NCBI RefSeq assembly: GCF_006345805.1
Contig: NC_043002.1
Coordinates: 29,636,001 to 29,700,000, forward strand
From: Octopus sinensis
Lineage: Eukaryota
DNA length: 64,000 bases
Direction of reading: 5' to 3'
Part shown: positions 28,626 through 41,391 of the stretch, piece by piece
How the letters are laid out: each line of letters opens with the position of its first letter
Position numbering within the stretch: position 1 is the first letter of the stretch
Notes under the pieces: model-generated
Databases searched by the model: none
What the model saw: only the letters and a program-made list of their open reading frames with translations
Told to the model about the DNA's origin: nothing
Program-made: the position numbers and the translations under genes

Positions 28626-29649
28626 TCAAAAAATATTTTCATAAAATATTTATAAAAAAATTAAATAGATCTTAAAAAATCTTATGATAGTGTCAGTAAA
28701 AATGGTTTTTTTTTTTTCGTATTTTAGTCAAAACCATCCCTCCCTCTATCCATCACCCCCCTCCATGCAGCCAGCCATTGAACTTCCCAACTAGCCAAAC
28801 ATTCATCGAGTTTTATACAGTTATATAAATAACTTTCTCTTCATTATTCTCATATGATAGGTTTGCTGTACTGTGCTCTCATTAGCTTTAGAGAGTCACC
28901 GAAATCACAATTCAGGATCACATACATGATATATTGGAAAACGGAATCGTGGATATACAATAAAAATGGGATGGCCATCAGTGGAACGCTTTGATCATCG
29001 AACTGCTCGATGAGTACTAACTGGAAGCAAATGGAAAACATCATATAATGCAAAAATAATGCGAAAATTTATAATTCCATCCTGGTAGTCATTAAGTGCA
29101 ATCACATATAAAAGCACACGTATATATACATATGCATGTACACACGCTTACACACACACCACACACACACACACACACATACATGCACATGCACGTGTGC
29201 TGTTGAATATACCAGTAGACGAAAGAATGCTGAATACATGTACTAGAATAGATATTCATTTGAATCTGATAAATACTCACGTCACAACTCTGAGGATCGC
29301 TTATTGTCAAAATATCTGTGTAGCAACGAATAAATGATATCCAAATAAATGAACTGCAATACATTTATATATATATATATTTATTATATCTGAACATATA
29401 TCAGCGTGTGTGTGGTGTGTGTGTGTGCTGTGTGTGTGTGTATTTTTATATATAGCTATATGTATATATCGTATTTCTGCGCATATATACATATATGTGG
29501 ATGTGTATGCCAGTTTCTGCCTGTGCGCATGTGTATGTGAAATATAAACTCAATGCATTTAATGAAATTTATTTTATTCCTTCCGATAACACAGTAATTC
29601 AACAGTTTCTTAAATTGGTACCTACTAATTTCTTAATAACTGATTATCT

Positions 29650-29857
29650 TTTCTTCTTTAAGCACAAGGCCCGAAATTTTGGGGGAGGGGGCAATCGATT
29701 AGATCGACCCAGTACGCAACTGGTACTTAATTTGTCAACCACGAAAAGTTGAAAGCAAAGTCGACCTCGATGGTATTTGAACTCAGAACGTAAAGACAGA
29801 CGAAACACCGCTAAGGATTTCGTACGGCGTGCTAACGTTTCTGCCAGCTCACCACCT
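29650..29857 (-). mobile_element. SINE (same family as 33032)
   Basis: Reverse-complement head, core and aaggcccgaaattttggggg tail. Confidence 0.8.
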
Positions 29858-31865
29858 TTCAATAACTAATTATTTACTAACTTTTTTATCAGTTCATGTT
29901 TAATATCTTCTTGGTTGTACAACTCTCAAATTATTCTACAAACAAATATAGTTTTGTAGCTTGCCATTGTCGACATTAAACTATACTATCTGTATGGTTT
30001 TATAATGTTTAGAATGCTTTTTTATTAAAATATTGCCCCCAAAATGCGATTACAATGTTTCATATAGTTGTGGGGTTTTTTAAAAATATTTCTGATACTA
30101 ATCTGTTTCTCAATCACTTTTTAGTAACTTTTCCATGTCGTCTCTATTGCAAGTATTTGATCCAGATAAAAATATAAATTATTTAAATATCGAAACTTGT
30201 ACGATATGTTATTGAAGAAAGTAGATTTAAATGAATACAAACTTTGTGAGTTTCGTTGTTTTCTTAAGAAAGGTTTCAAATTTTGGCTGGTACTTTCATT
30301 TATCGATAGTGGAAGGATGAAAGACACAGCTGATTCCAGTAGAATTTAAATTCAGAACGTAATGAGTTGGTAGGATTACCACTAGTATATTTTTAATGAT
30401 AGAAACTACATCATCTTCACTAACATGTAATTTTCTGGGGAGGTCTGATATTGGTCATTTTCAGAGAAATTTGACTAAGCCATAACAAAAATCGTCTGTA
30501 TTACGAACCAATTCCGTATACTATAATACAAGACTACCAAATGCAGCTATACATAAACTGCTAGATGTAGCAGCTATATTTATGGAAATTATAACTTAAC
30601 GTTTTAAAAATAATACCAACATAGAACAGTATAGAATTATATACATGGTACTTGGGAAAATGGTAAAATAGTTTTGTTGGAATACTTTTCATCATAACCT
30701 TGGCTTAAAAATTCGTAACATTTATAGTAGCAAAAATAAACATATACACAAGCACAAACATTATTTATTTTACGTCAAATAAGGCAGAATAATAATGGCG
30801 AGATTACAAACAAATCGCTTCAGAGAAAAATGTTATATATTAATTCGACATATTCCGCATTACTGGCGGCAAAATGGTAAATTAAAATTGTTTGTCCACT
30901 TAAAAATCTACATTTAATATAAAATATATTCAATTGAAATACGATAAGTTTTTGAAAGAATTAGAAATATATTAACTTCACCTCTATTTTCATTTCCAGA
31001 TAAATAGAAGTTATATTAAGGTCTTTTTAATTGGATAAATTATTGAAATTTAGGTTGTTCAGATAAAAAATAAAGAAACATATATTAAGAAGGAAAAAAT
31101 AAAGTACAGGAGACATAAAAACGACCACAACGGCGACAGGAATAAAGAATGTACCATCTTCCTCAACAACAGTAACAACAACAATTACCGCTTGAACAAA
31201 TCACTCCATTACTGCGCCTCGATACACACACGTACATATACATAAAGCGGGCACATACAAAGACAGATATATATTCACGCATGCGCGCGCGCACAAACAC
31301 ACACAAAATCCTACTAAATAATGTTGGATGAATAAATGAATTAATGAATAACGACAGTGTCCATTATAAGCGCAAGCGCGCGCACTCACAAACACTCACA
31401 CACACACACACATGACCACCACTAACACCTGTACAACATTGACTACAACCACAAGTATCACAATAAGCTCTCTATTAAAAGAACTACAACAACAATTGCA
31501 ATAGAAGCCAACAGTGGAATAAAGCAATAGCAGCCAAATCTCCCTCAAATTACGCGTAACATATTTAGAAATGGAGAGGTCTTTAAATGACGTAATGTAA
31601 ATAAAATAACTTAATGGTGGATGGAAGGACAGGTTAGTCATAGTTGGAACGCCTATATGCATGACTACTGAGTTCGAGATATCATGGAACTAATAGTAAC
31701 AGTAGCTAGATCTTGTGTAAACCAAAAGCTTAGCTAGAAACACTATATTGGCACTAAAAAGGGATACGATACAATATATCAGGACGGGGGTAAGTGGTCA
31801 TGGTCTGAACGACTTTAGTTAACGGTCTGCTCCATCGAGGGTATGTCTTGTTGAAAGACAATATG

Positions 31866-32008
31866 CATCCCCGTAACTTAGCGGGTCGGCAAAAGGTCCG
31901 ATAGAATAAGAACTAGGCTTACAAAGAATAAGTCCTGGGGTCGATTTGCTCGACTAAGGGCGGTGCTCCAGCATGGCAGCAGTCAAATACCTGAAACAAG
32001 TAAAAAAA
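31866..32008 (+). mobile_element. SINE 3' half (43028 family)
   Basis: ccccgtaacttagcggg...gatagaataag...ggggtcgatttgctcgactaagggcggtgctccagcatggc. Confidence 0.75.
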
Positions 32009-32179
32009 AAGTGAAAGAAAAAAATTCCCTTGAAGCTTCGAGAGAGCCCTTATGTGTTAGAAATAGCAGCTAAATAGCAAAATCTTCCTCAAGTCACCTT
32101 CTATTGTCCAAAAGAGGTGAAGATATGTTAGATGAAGTTGTTCTATGTCTGAAAGAATAAAAGTAAAAAGTAGACATAA

Positions 32180-33025
32180 CACTACCATTGCTACTCCACT
32201 ACAAACACTAAAACCACCACGACCACTACCACCGTAAACACTAACAAAAACCGGCAGCATTAATACAAAACCACCACTACTGCCTCACCACTAACAGCAC
32301 CACCATTCACACCACCAACACTATCATGACAAATACTATTATTAACATTGTCATCAGCACTACATCTGCAGCACTACAACTACGGCTACCACCACAACAG
32401 TTACACAACCATCCCTGCAGCTATACTGTCCCCCCGTCACATTTGCTATACTCACCACCACCACCACCACCACCACCACCACCACCCCATCACCTCCACC
32501 ATCACCACCTCCACCATCACCACCACTACCATCACCACCACTACTATCACTACCACCATTACCACTACTACCACCGTTACCACTACTACCACCACCACCA
32601 CCACCACCACCACCACCACCACAGACCGACCATATATCACGCTTAAAACGAATAATTAGAAGACATTAGCAACAGTAATGAAGAGAGTAACGTGATAAAT
32701 TAAACAATGCTCGTGTTGGAGGTAGTGGCGGCGGCGGCTGCGGCGGTGGTCGTAGCGGTGGTGGTCATGGCGGTGGTGGGCGACTTGAGGTGATTGAGGG
32801 GAGTAGCAGAACTAGTGGTAGTTGGTAGTGGTATTGATGCTTTGGAAGTGAAGCTAATGGTGTCGGTAATGATGGTATCGGTAGTATGTGGTGGTGTTCG
32901 TATTGGTGGGGATGGTAGTGTTGGTGTGACGGTGATGCTGCCCGTGTTGGCGGGAATTGGTACTGGTTGTGATGTTTTTGGTGCTGGTGGTGTTATTTGT
33001 AGTAGTGATGGTATTAGAGGTATTA
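32180..33025. repeat. (CAC/TAC)n tract followed by a (GGT/GTA)n-rich tract
   Basis: Direct reading; the two tracts have complementary composition. Confidence 0.85.
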
Positions 33026-33031
33026 GAAACA

Positions 33032-33351
33032 GGCGGCGAGCCGGCAGAAATGTTAGCACGCCGAGTGAAATGCTTAGCTGTATTACGTCTGCCGTTACGT
33101 TCTGAGTTCAAATTCCGCCGATGTCGACTTTGCCTTTCATCTTTTCGGGGTCAATAAATTAAGTACCAGTGACGCACTGGGGTCGATCTAATTGACTTAA
33201 TCCGTTTGTCTGCCCTTGTTTGCCCTCTCTGTGTTTAGCCCCTTGTAGGTAGTAAAGAAATAGGTATTTCGTATGCCTTTACGTTCTGAGTTCAAATTCC
33301 ACCGAGGTCGACTTTGCCTTTCATCCTTTCGGGGTCGATAAATTAAGTACC
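33032..33351 (+). mobile_element. SINE with duplicated central core (dimeric, 3' part truncated)
   Basis: ggcggcgagccggcagaaatgttagc...gagttcaaattcc...core...tail...ggtatttcgt...second core. Confidence 0.85.
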
Positions 33352-34101
33352 AACTCATCGTCAACTCTTCAACAGTTATCAGTCCGTGGATCAAATGCAA
33401 TTTCGCGCCTTAACGATAATATTGAATCACCTTCTGGTGGCGTCGACGACAAAACGCCGCCTGCAAAACGCTGCCTTGAATTGGCAAGTTGAAAAACAAG
33501 ACAGAAAAGGAACAGACAAGAAATAAAACAACTATGTGACATATGCGATATAGAGAGTTAATTATATTTATGCCACATACAAATGTGGCATAAATATAAT
33601 TCAAGACGAGATATTAGTAGATGGACATGGGATAGAGACGAAAGCATACGAACGATCTGAAATAAATAAGCAAAAAAAAAACAACAAAAAAACAAAAAAC
33701 GAAAAAACTAAGGGTCAGATACGAGGCGAAAATAGTCAACGCCGGATGAATATTCTGAAGTATTAACAGAGAGCAGCAAAAGGTGAATAGATTGTGAAAC
33801 GAGAGAAAATGCGACCGCTTGCGCGGGCAGTCGGCTTTTCTTGCTGGAAGATAAGACGAAGACTGCAGGTCGTTTGTCAGTAGTAAGAAAGGGAAAAGTG
33901 AGAAACACAGAGAGAAAAACAAGAAGGCAAAAGAACGTTACAGATAGCAGCATAGAAGTAAGGGGTGTGAGAGAAAGAGAGTTAGAGAGAGAGGGAGAGG
34001 GGACAGAAAAGAGAGATAAAGTGAAAGAGAGAGAGAGAAGGGAAGATAAACAGAGGAATACACGTCGCACCACAGATACGCAGACATACATACTCGCACA
34101 C

Positions 34102-34145
<44 letters not shown>

Positions 34146-34164
34146 AAAATTACTGGTTTGACAT

Positions 34165-35400
34165 GACTTAACGTTTTGAAGAATTTGTTTTAGCCAGAGA
34201 AGACTAATTCAAGTTTTTGATTCAGTATCTGATTCTCAAGTATATGAAAGTTTTAGGATTCATGGGGACAATATCTGCAGGCTTGTTGCTTTTGTAGTAT
34301 GGCTGCATATGATGATAGATTCCATATGATGAAGTATTCCATTTTTTTTTTTTTAGGAGCACTTCGTCGGTTACGACGATGAGGGTCCCAGCTGATGCGA
34401 TCAACGGAACAGCTTGCTCGTGGAATTAACGTGCAAGTGGCTGAACATTCCACAGACACGTGTACCCTTAACGTAGTTCTCGGGGATATTCAGCGTGACA
34501 CAGAGAGTGACAATGCCGGCTCTTTGAAAATACAGGTACAACAGAAACAGGAAGAAAGAGCGAGAGAAAGTTGTGGTGAAAGAGTACAGCAGGGTTCACT
34601 ACCATCCCCTGCAGGAGCCTTGTGAAGCTTTGGGTGTTTTCGCTCAATAAACACTCACAATGCCCGGTCTGGGAATCGAAACCGCGATCCTACGACCGCG
34701 AGTCCGCTGCCCTAACCACTGGGCCATTGCGCCTCCACATTCCAATTAATGCTAAATGCAGCAAGCTTGAAATTTAATAGCTATATATATTTTGATTGTG
34801 AGGTGTCATTTTTCTTATTGGAGTTTCAAAAGCTATATGTCTCTTGGTTGCATCATATTTTTAACACAGTTCCTCTAGTTCCTATATGTGTAGATGTCCT
34901 AGGTGTGTAGACTTAATAGTTAAGTTGAGCTGTAGGGAATATTATTTGTTGGGCATATTCCTTTTAGATGTCAGGATGGAAAGTTTCGGAAGTTAAAATC
35001 GTTGTTTTTATGAATTGGTTTTGCTTTCTGTATTTTGGAAGTTTTAGAAAAAAAAAATGGGTATAGTTGTTATTCGTGTAATATAATAGTTTTATGTTGT
35101 GTGTGTTTATGAGTATGTAATACATGTGGTTAGGAGGGAAGTATTTTAGGATTATTCTGATAAATAATTGGTTATTGGAATGGAGACTTGTATGATTCAT
35201 GGCAGATTGAAACAGAAAATTTATTTATTTATTTTTATTATATGTTTCTTATATGCTGTGGGCCTGGAGTTGTTTACGTAGAGATTTTTTTCCTTGCAGG
35301 ATGTATTGAGCATTTCGGGACTTGGAGTTGATATGTCATTGTCTGTTTTATTTTTTTCATTGGAAGATTGAGAAGAAATCGTAAACATATGTAGAAATTT
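34165..35400 (-). mobile_element. Decayed Penelope-like element (RT thumb/linker plus GIY-YIG endonuclease remnant), interrupted by a SINE
   Basis: Minus-strand pieces in order: LYVNNSRPTAYKKHII; FIRIILKYFPPNHMYYILINTHNIKLLY; THIGT; SF*NSNKKNDTSQSKYI; then, past the SINE, YFIIWNL..CRYCPHE..ILNQKLELV. These resemble PLE motifs SNHPP, HFPxxHxxxKIFNRNxIKLSY, YIG, STxLSKYIW, CxLCxxE and LNxRxEL. Confidence 0.7.
34355..34736 (-). mobile_element. tRNA-derived SINE, full length, with A-tail, inserted in the Penelope remnant
   Basis: Reverse-complement copy of 55180-55560; T-run at 34342-34354; ATTCCA occurs on both sides (possible TSD). Confidence 0.9.
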
Positions 35401-36041
35401 ATACATACAAGTCGTATGCTATGTATACATGTGTATAAATTTTTGTGATGGCTGGATTGCCTATGTATATATATATATATATATTGAATTATTTTGTTAT
35501 GCTTCTCATAAGGTTGATAAATACTGAATTCTCAATCCAAGATAACATCGAATAAGATTAATGATTTTAGATACCATTCTACTATAATGGAGAAGGTTAT
35601 GCTTTGAAAGACGATGTAGTCCTTCCTAATTATTTTGGGTTTCATTTACTTAGGGAAAGAAGGACGTCGTCCTTACAATGATTATCTGGGACGAAAGGCA
35701 AGTTCTTCTGTGAGGACGTGTTTAGTATGCATGCTGCGCTTACAAGCTGCATGTATCGTTTGCATTTATAGTGTGATACATTAAGTAATTACCGAATGTA
35801 GAAACATATATGACATATATAATAAAGGAATATAAAATCGATGCTCATGTTTTTTCATCTCTTTATTATTCTATAGTCCTTCTCACTCTGTATAAGAAAG
35901 CCATGGAATCGTGAAACGAAGGCCGTTTAACGTGATTACAAATAAAATCTGCAATAATGTACTTGCCGCGCCCTGGGTGCATCCATTTGCGCTACACACA
36001 CATAAAGGAAAATACAATATATATGTGAATATATGTGTGTG

Positions 36042-36082
<41 letters not shown>

Positions 36083-36412
36083 ATACATACATGCATATAT
36101 ATACATATATATTTATATGTATATACACACACACACATATATATGTATACACATATATATACATATATATATACATGTATATATATATAGTATGTAATAT
36201 ATATATATATATATACCTATATATATAGTGTTGTGTGTGTAAGTAGTGCTGTGTGTGTATAGTATGTGTGTGTGCGTGTGTGTTTGTTGTGTGTGTGTGA
36301 GTGTGTGTGCGTGTGTGTGAGTGTGTGTGTGTGTAGTCAATCTAAACAAGAACAAGCAAGAAAGAACAACAACGCGAGGACGTGGTACAGGAAAGGAAAG
36401 AAAGGAAAGAGG

Positions 36413-36447
36413 ATTTTACATTTCGAGCATAGCTCTTCAACAGAAAT
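36413..36447 (-). ncRNA. Minimal type I hammerhead-like motif (A6U variant, second subfamily)
   Basis: Minus strand reads ATTT-CTGTTGA-A-GAGC-TAT-GCTC-GAAA-T-GTA-AAAT. Stem I and loop II differ from the 41731 copy but pairing is retained. Confidence 0.55.
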
Positions 36448-36805
36448 ATAGAAAAAGTCCAAAGAAGGAAGACAGGGAAAGATAATCGCCAACAAAACAA
36501 ATGCGGTCAAATATTGAAATGACCGGACGGAATGGGCGAAGAAAAAGTTCTTTCTAAGACAAGAGAGTGCAAAAGGAAGAAGTATTTGTGTGGATATGTG
36601 CGTGTGATTAGTGACAGCACGTGTATGTGGGTATGTGTATGTGTTTGTGTGGTTGTGGCTGTTTATGTATGTGAGTGGTTGGACTTTGTGTCGCGTAATG
36701 TTGTAAGAAGAATTTATAGTAAGAAATTTGGTAGGAGTGGCTGTTTGTTGTGTGTCTCCCTACACATGTGCGAAGGAGAATGGTCAGTAGAAAGGTATTT
36801 AACAA

Positions 36806-37027
36806 GGCGGCGAGCTGGCAGAAACGTTAGCACGCCGGGTGAAATTCTTAGCGGTATTTCGTCTGCCGCTACGTTCTGAGTTCAAATTCCGCCGAGGTCG
36901 ACTTTGCCTTTCATCATTTCGGGTTCTATAAATTAAGTACCGGTTACGCATTGATCTCGATGTAATCGACTTAATCCCTTTGTCTGTCCTTGTTTGCCCT
37001 CTCTGTGTTAGTAAAGAAATAAGTATT
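36806..37027 (+). mobile_element. SINE (same family as 33032)
   Basis: ggcggcgagctggcagaaacgttagcacgccggg...gtcgactttgcctttcatc... Confidence 0.85.
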
Positions 37028-37350
37028 TAACTGGTAGTTTGAAGTATGTGTGTGTACGTGAATGTATATGTTGTGTGTGTGTGTTTTGTGTGCAGTGTAT
37101 GTTTGTGTGTGCGTATGTATGTGTGTGTACATGTGTCTATGTGTGTATGTGTGAAGTTGTAAGTGAGGTTGTCTCTGGAGTAAATGCACGTTACTCTGTG
37201 CGTGCGTGTGGATGTCCATGTATGGGAGGTATGTGTGGGTTCATTTGCGTACGTGTGTGTGTATGTGTGTGCATATGTATGCGTGCGTGCGTGTGCTTAC
37301 GTGCGCGTGTGCATATATATATATATTATATTATATATATATATATATAT

Positions 37351-37393
<43 letters not shown>

Positions 37394-37647
37394 AATATAT
37401 ATATATATATAGATATATAATTGTATCTGTGTATGTATACTCACACATTTATACACAAACGCAGTGCTAGTGAGTGATAGTAAGAGAAAGAGAGATAATG
37501 ATTGATTTTCTTAGAACAAATAAACCAAAATGCTACTATAAAAATCTATAACAATTCCCATCCTTGTCGTAAGCCAATATACTTAGAAGGGAATACAAGG
37601 CCAATATATATATATATATATAAATATATATATAATATATATTATAT

Positions 37648-37724
<77 letters not shown>

Positions 37725-38025
37725 TTAGATTATTTATTCAGCGTTAATGCAAAATAGCAATATTTCAATAACTTTTTTCTGTCCTAATTAGCTTTTGTTC
37801 TACTTATTAATTAATTTCATTTGGTTCCTTTATTCTCTTGTTATTTTCAATTTTTCTGGCTTGCGAGTTTTCATTGTGTTCTTTGGTAATTTAAATACAT
37901 TTGTACACACATAATTTTATATTAATATATATACAAATATATGTATGTATGCATATATATGACTGTGTATGTATATATACGCGTATATATGTATACATAT
38001 ATACACGTTTATATACACATTTATA

Positions 38026-38073
<48 letters not shown>

Positions 38074-39390
38074 CATATGTTTGTGTATGTGTATATAATA
38101 TATAAATATAAATATATATAAACACTCACACACGCACATACACACATATACATATGAACTCAAAGATGATTGAATGACTAAAATGATCGTTAATTCCACC
38201 ATCGAAAAAAATTATTTTTGTAAAGGAAGAAAAGAATAACCAAGATAATAATAGTAATAATAAGTATATAAAATTACGAAGACAAAAACATCAGAAAAAA
38301 TACAAAGTTAAGAACTAGAAGAATACATAAGATCGTGCCAAGACAAGCGTGAAAGAGAAAGATACGGAAACCAAAAAACACCCAAAGAAATTGGTGAATA
38401 TAATAAAAGAAATAAGGAAAAAACTAATTTATATATTGAATTACGACAGTTTTTCTATTGTTTTCAATCAAGCAACACGTTAAAAATATTTGTGTAAATA
38501 ACAGCTGGTTGTTGTTGCTGCTGCTGTTGTTGTTTTTGTTATTATCATTATTGTTATTCGGCTGTTTCTTATTTCACATTATTTTCCAAGTTGTGGAATT
38601 AATTCTATGGCGCCATCTCTAGGGCAAGCAACGGAAACCGTGGTCAGAATATCAGAATTAAATTTGGATTCTTGATTTTAATAAATCAGAAATTGTAATT
38701 GCGGGCTGAAACAAAACAACAGCGACGTCGTCGACGACGACGACGACGACAACAACAACAACAACAACAACAACAATAATGATAATAAAAAGCATAAGTT
38801 CTTGTATGAAATAGGAATTATCAGATAAAGTAAGGGAGAAGGAGAAGAATGAGTGTTTCTAAAATTCCATGTCAAGAGATTTAATGAAACGTATTGCAAG
38901 ACAGAAATGAAAGCTGACTGATCTATATATATGCTCCTATATATATGTATATATATATATATGTGTGTGTGTGTGTATGTGTGTGTATGTGTGTGTGTGT
39001 ATGTGTGTGTATTTGTAGATACATATGGTAAATATGTATGCAGAAGAACCAGTAGATTTTATTAAGTATAATTTCAAATATCAACCAGCCACAGCATTCT
39101 GTATGGAAAGGAAATGAGTAATTGTATTCTGGTGAACATTTAACAAATTCTAAAATTACTCAAGCCGAATTCTTTTCTAATTACCCGAAAATTAACATTT
39201 GGTGTAACCATACTATCAATCTCACTATCAATTCCCTACCGAATTTAACCTTATTTTCAAATTATATAGTTGTTTATATGTTCGTGTGTAGGGGGATATA
39301 TACATACATACATACATTCATACATACATACATACATACATACATACATACATACATACATACATACATACATACATACATACATACATA

Positions 39391-40058
39391 CGAGGGGTGT
39401 ATGAAAAGCCTTCAGCCTCATTTCTGATGATTTAGTTTTCAACATAGACACCCTCGTTGGCTGAACACTTTGCCCAGTAGAGGAACTCTTTTGTTTGCCG
39501 CTCCAAAGAACTTCCTACAGTGTCTATGATGCCAGGTTTTTTTCATTTTGGGGAATAGATGAAAGTCAGAGGGGACTAAGTCTAGCAAATAAAGCGGATG
39601 GGGAACAAGTTCATATCCACAATCACGAATTGTTGCCATGGCAACCACTGAGGTGTGGGCTGAAGCATTGTTGTGATGAAAAAGGACTCCTCTGGTGAGC
39701 ATTACCGGCCTATTTTCTTTGATTGCTTATCAGAAGTGTTTCAGTAGCTGAGAATAATGCACCCTCGTCACAGTGTGACCATTTTCAAGGTAATGTGCGT
39801 TTCTGTTCAGGAGTCAAAAGGCGAGGGACCCACCTTGCAGAAACCTTGAGAACCCAAGTTCTTTTGTCACAATGTTGTCTACTCTCTCAGTTGAGATGCC
39901 CAGTCTCTCAGCTATCTGACGACATGATATTCGACGATCTTGCATTATCATACCAAGAGTAAGGTCAATGTTGTCCTCGATAAATGCAGTTGGAGGTCTC
40001 CCTGGTCTGAGATCATCTTCCACACTCTGCCTGCCACGCTGGAATTCATTTACCCAGC
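39391..40058 (-). mobile_element. Mariner transposon remnant (5'-truncated, internally deleted, frameshifted)
   Basis: TA|CGAGGGGTG terminal repeat at 39389. Translated pieces: EDDLRPGRPPT, DRRISCRQIA, frameshifted VSARWVPRLLT, LFHHNNA (HDNA-like), HPLYLLDLVPSDFHLF (YSPDLAPSD-like). Confidence 0.9.
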
Positions 40059-40059
40059 A

Positions 40060-40670
40060 TTTGTTGTGAATGTTAGCCGTCTTTGATTTTCTGGGTAGTA
40101 AAGGTCCATATAATGACTTGTTTGGTGTATGGTCGATATCGAAGGTGTTAAAGGATTTGGGCAAAATTTGAGTGTTTGTGTCGTTTAATGATCACTGTAA
40201 CTGACGCCACTGTATTGGGCCACTGTAAGGTACAAGTGTTTAGAATTGTAGAGCAGAACAGATTCTACTCTTGCATAGGTGGATGTCACGTGACCTCCAT
40301 AGTATTTTTCTAATTTTCCATAGCTTGTCGGATACTGGCCATGTTATCGCTCTATGAATGGTAGCATCTATGCTGGTAGGGCATTGATTGTATTTTTCTT
40401 CTTCATGCAAACAACTTCAGTTCAGCCGAAACTGGTTTATGAGGAGAATTTGAACTTTTATGATTGTGCGTGAAACGAGTGCGATCTCATCCGGAAAGTC
40501 GGGATCAATGAGACACGATGCTAGATTACATGAATCTTGGCGGGGATAGAGACTTATGACTCATTCAGATACCAAAGCGTTCCCTAGTACATAGTCCTAA
40601 CCTATACTAGAAAGGAAAAGCGCTAAGGTGTCCCCTTGGAGAACTCCTGTGTTGACTGCAATTCGAAGCC
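40060..40670 (-). pseudogene. Decayed RTE-like LINE reverse transcriptase fragment
   Basis: Minus-strand translation gives, in order: VNTGVLQGDTLALFL (~40655), LIDPDFPDEIALVS (decayed FADD, ~40500), RVESVLLYNS (~40260), HTPNKSLYGPL (~40110). Confidence 0.8.
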
Positions 40671-40699
40671 AGCGCGAAAAGGTAAAGTCAAGTAACACA

Positions 40700-40905
40700 T
40701 AGGATCGACTTGTCTGGAAATTCCACTTTGAAAAGCTGCTCAAGAGCTACACATATCCCACGGGAAATATTGTTGTAACACCAATCTCACCGCTGCTCAC
40801 CAATATTCAAACTGGTGCGATTACATTCAATGAAACAATAACGTCTGCTAAACAGCTCAAGACCAGCAAATCGTGTGGTGTAGATGGGCTGCTTCCAAAG
40901 GTTCT
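40700..40905 (+). pseudogene. Upstream (pre-RT) LINE fragment in inverted orientation
   Basis: Plus-strand translation DRLVWKFHFEKLL ... IQTGAITFNETITSAKQLKTSKSCGVDGLLP matches the WxxHFxxLL / KxxGxDG region that precedes LINE RT. Confidence 0.7.
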
Positions 40906-41154
40906 TCAAAATTCCGAGGTCTTCCATCCTATTATAAATTTTACTTACATCACCTGCCAAGGTCTATCGTGATCCAAGGTGAACGGAATTGTCTGTTACG
41001 AAAGGGAGAGATCTGTCAGAGAAAAAAAGAGAGCGACAGCACAGAGAGAGATGGATATATACATATGTATACATAATAATAATATTAGGGAGTAAATCCA
41101 AACTTACAGGGAAAAATTAGATTTAGGATTAAATCTAATTTTACAGTATAAATA

Positions 41155-41271
41155 TATATATTAAATTAGAGATAAAACCACTATTAGGCAAATCAAACAG
41201 CGAAAACATGAACCTGTGTTTTTCACTGTTTGATTTGCCTAATAGTGGTTTTATCTCTAATTTAATATATA
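41155..41271. repeat. Inverted repeat, ~52-bp arms
   Basis: tatatattaaattagagataaaaccactattaggcaaatcaaacag / ctgtttgatttgcctaatagtggttttatctctaatttaatatata. Confidence 0.9.
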
Positions 41272-41391
41272 CATGTATACATATATATAAACGCACACAC
41301 ACTCACACACTCACATACACATAGGCGTATATATATACACCACACACACACACATGTATATATATGTATATATATATATATATATACACGT

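Noticed and set aside
28860-29030. Possible RTE 3' remnant (GIVDIQ*KWDGH)
   Set aside because: Too short and decayed to support without a search.
32700-33111. Mucin-like Thr/Pro-rich ORFs
   Set aside because: Degenerate (GGT)n tract running into a SINE; no splice or domain support.
39814-40164. 116-aa ORF as a novel fusion protein
   Set aside because: Chance read-through from a decayed LINE fragment into a decayed mariner fragment.
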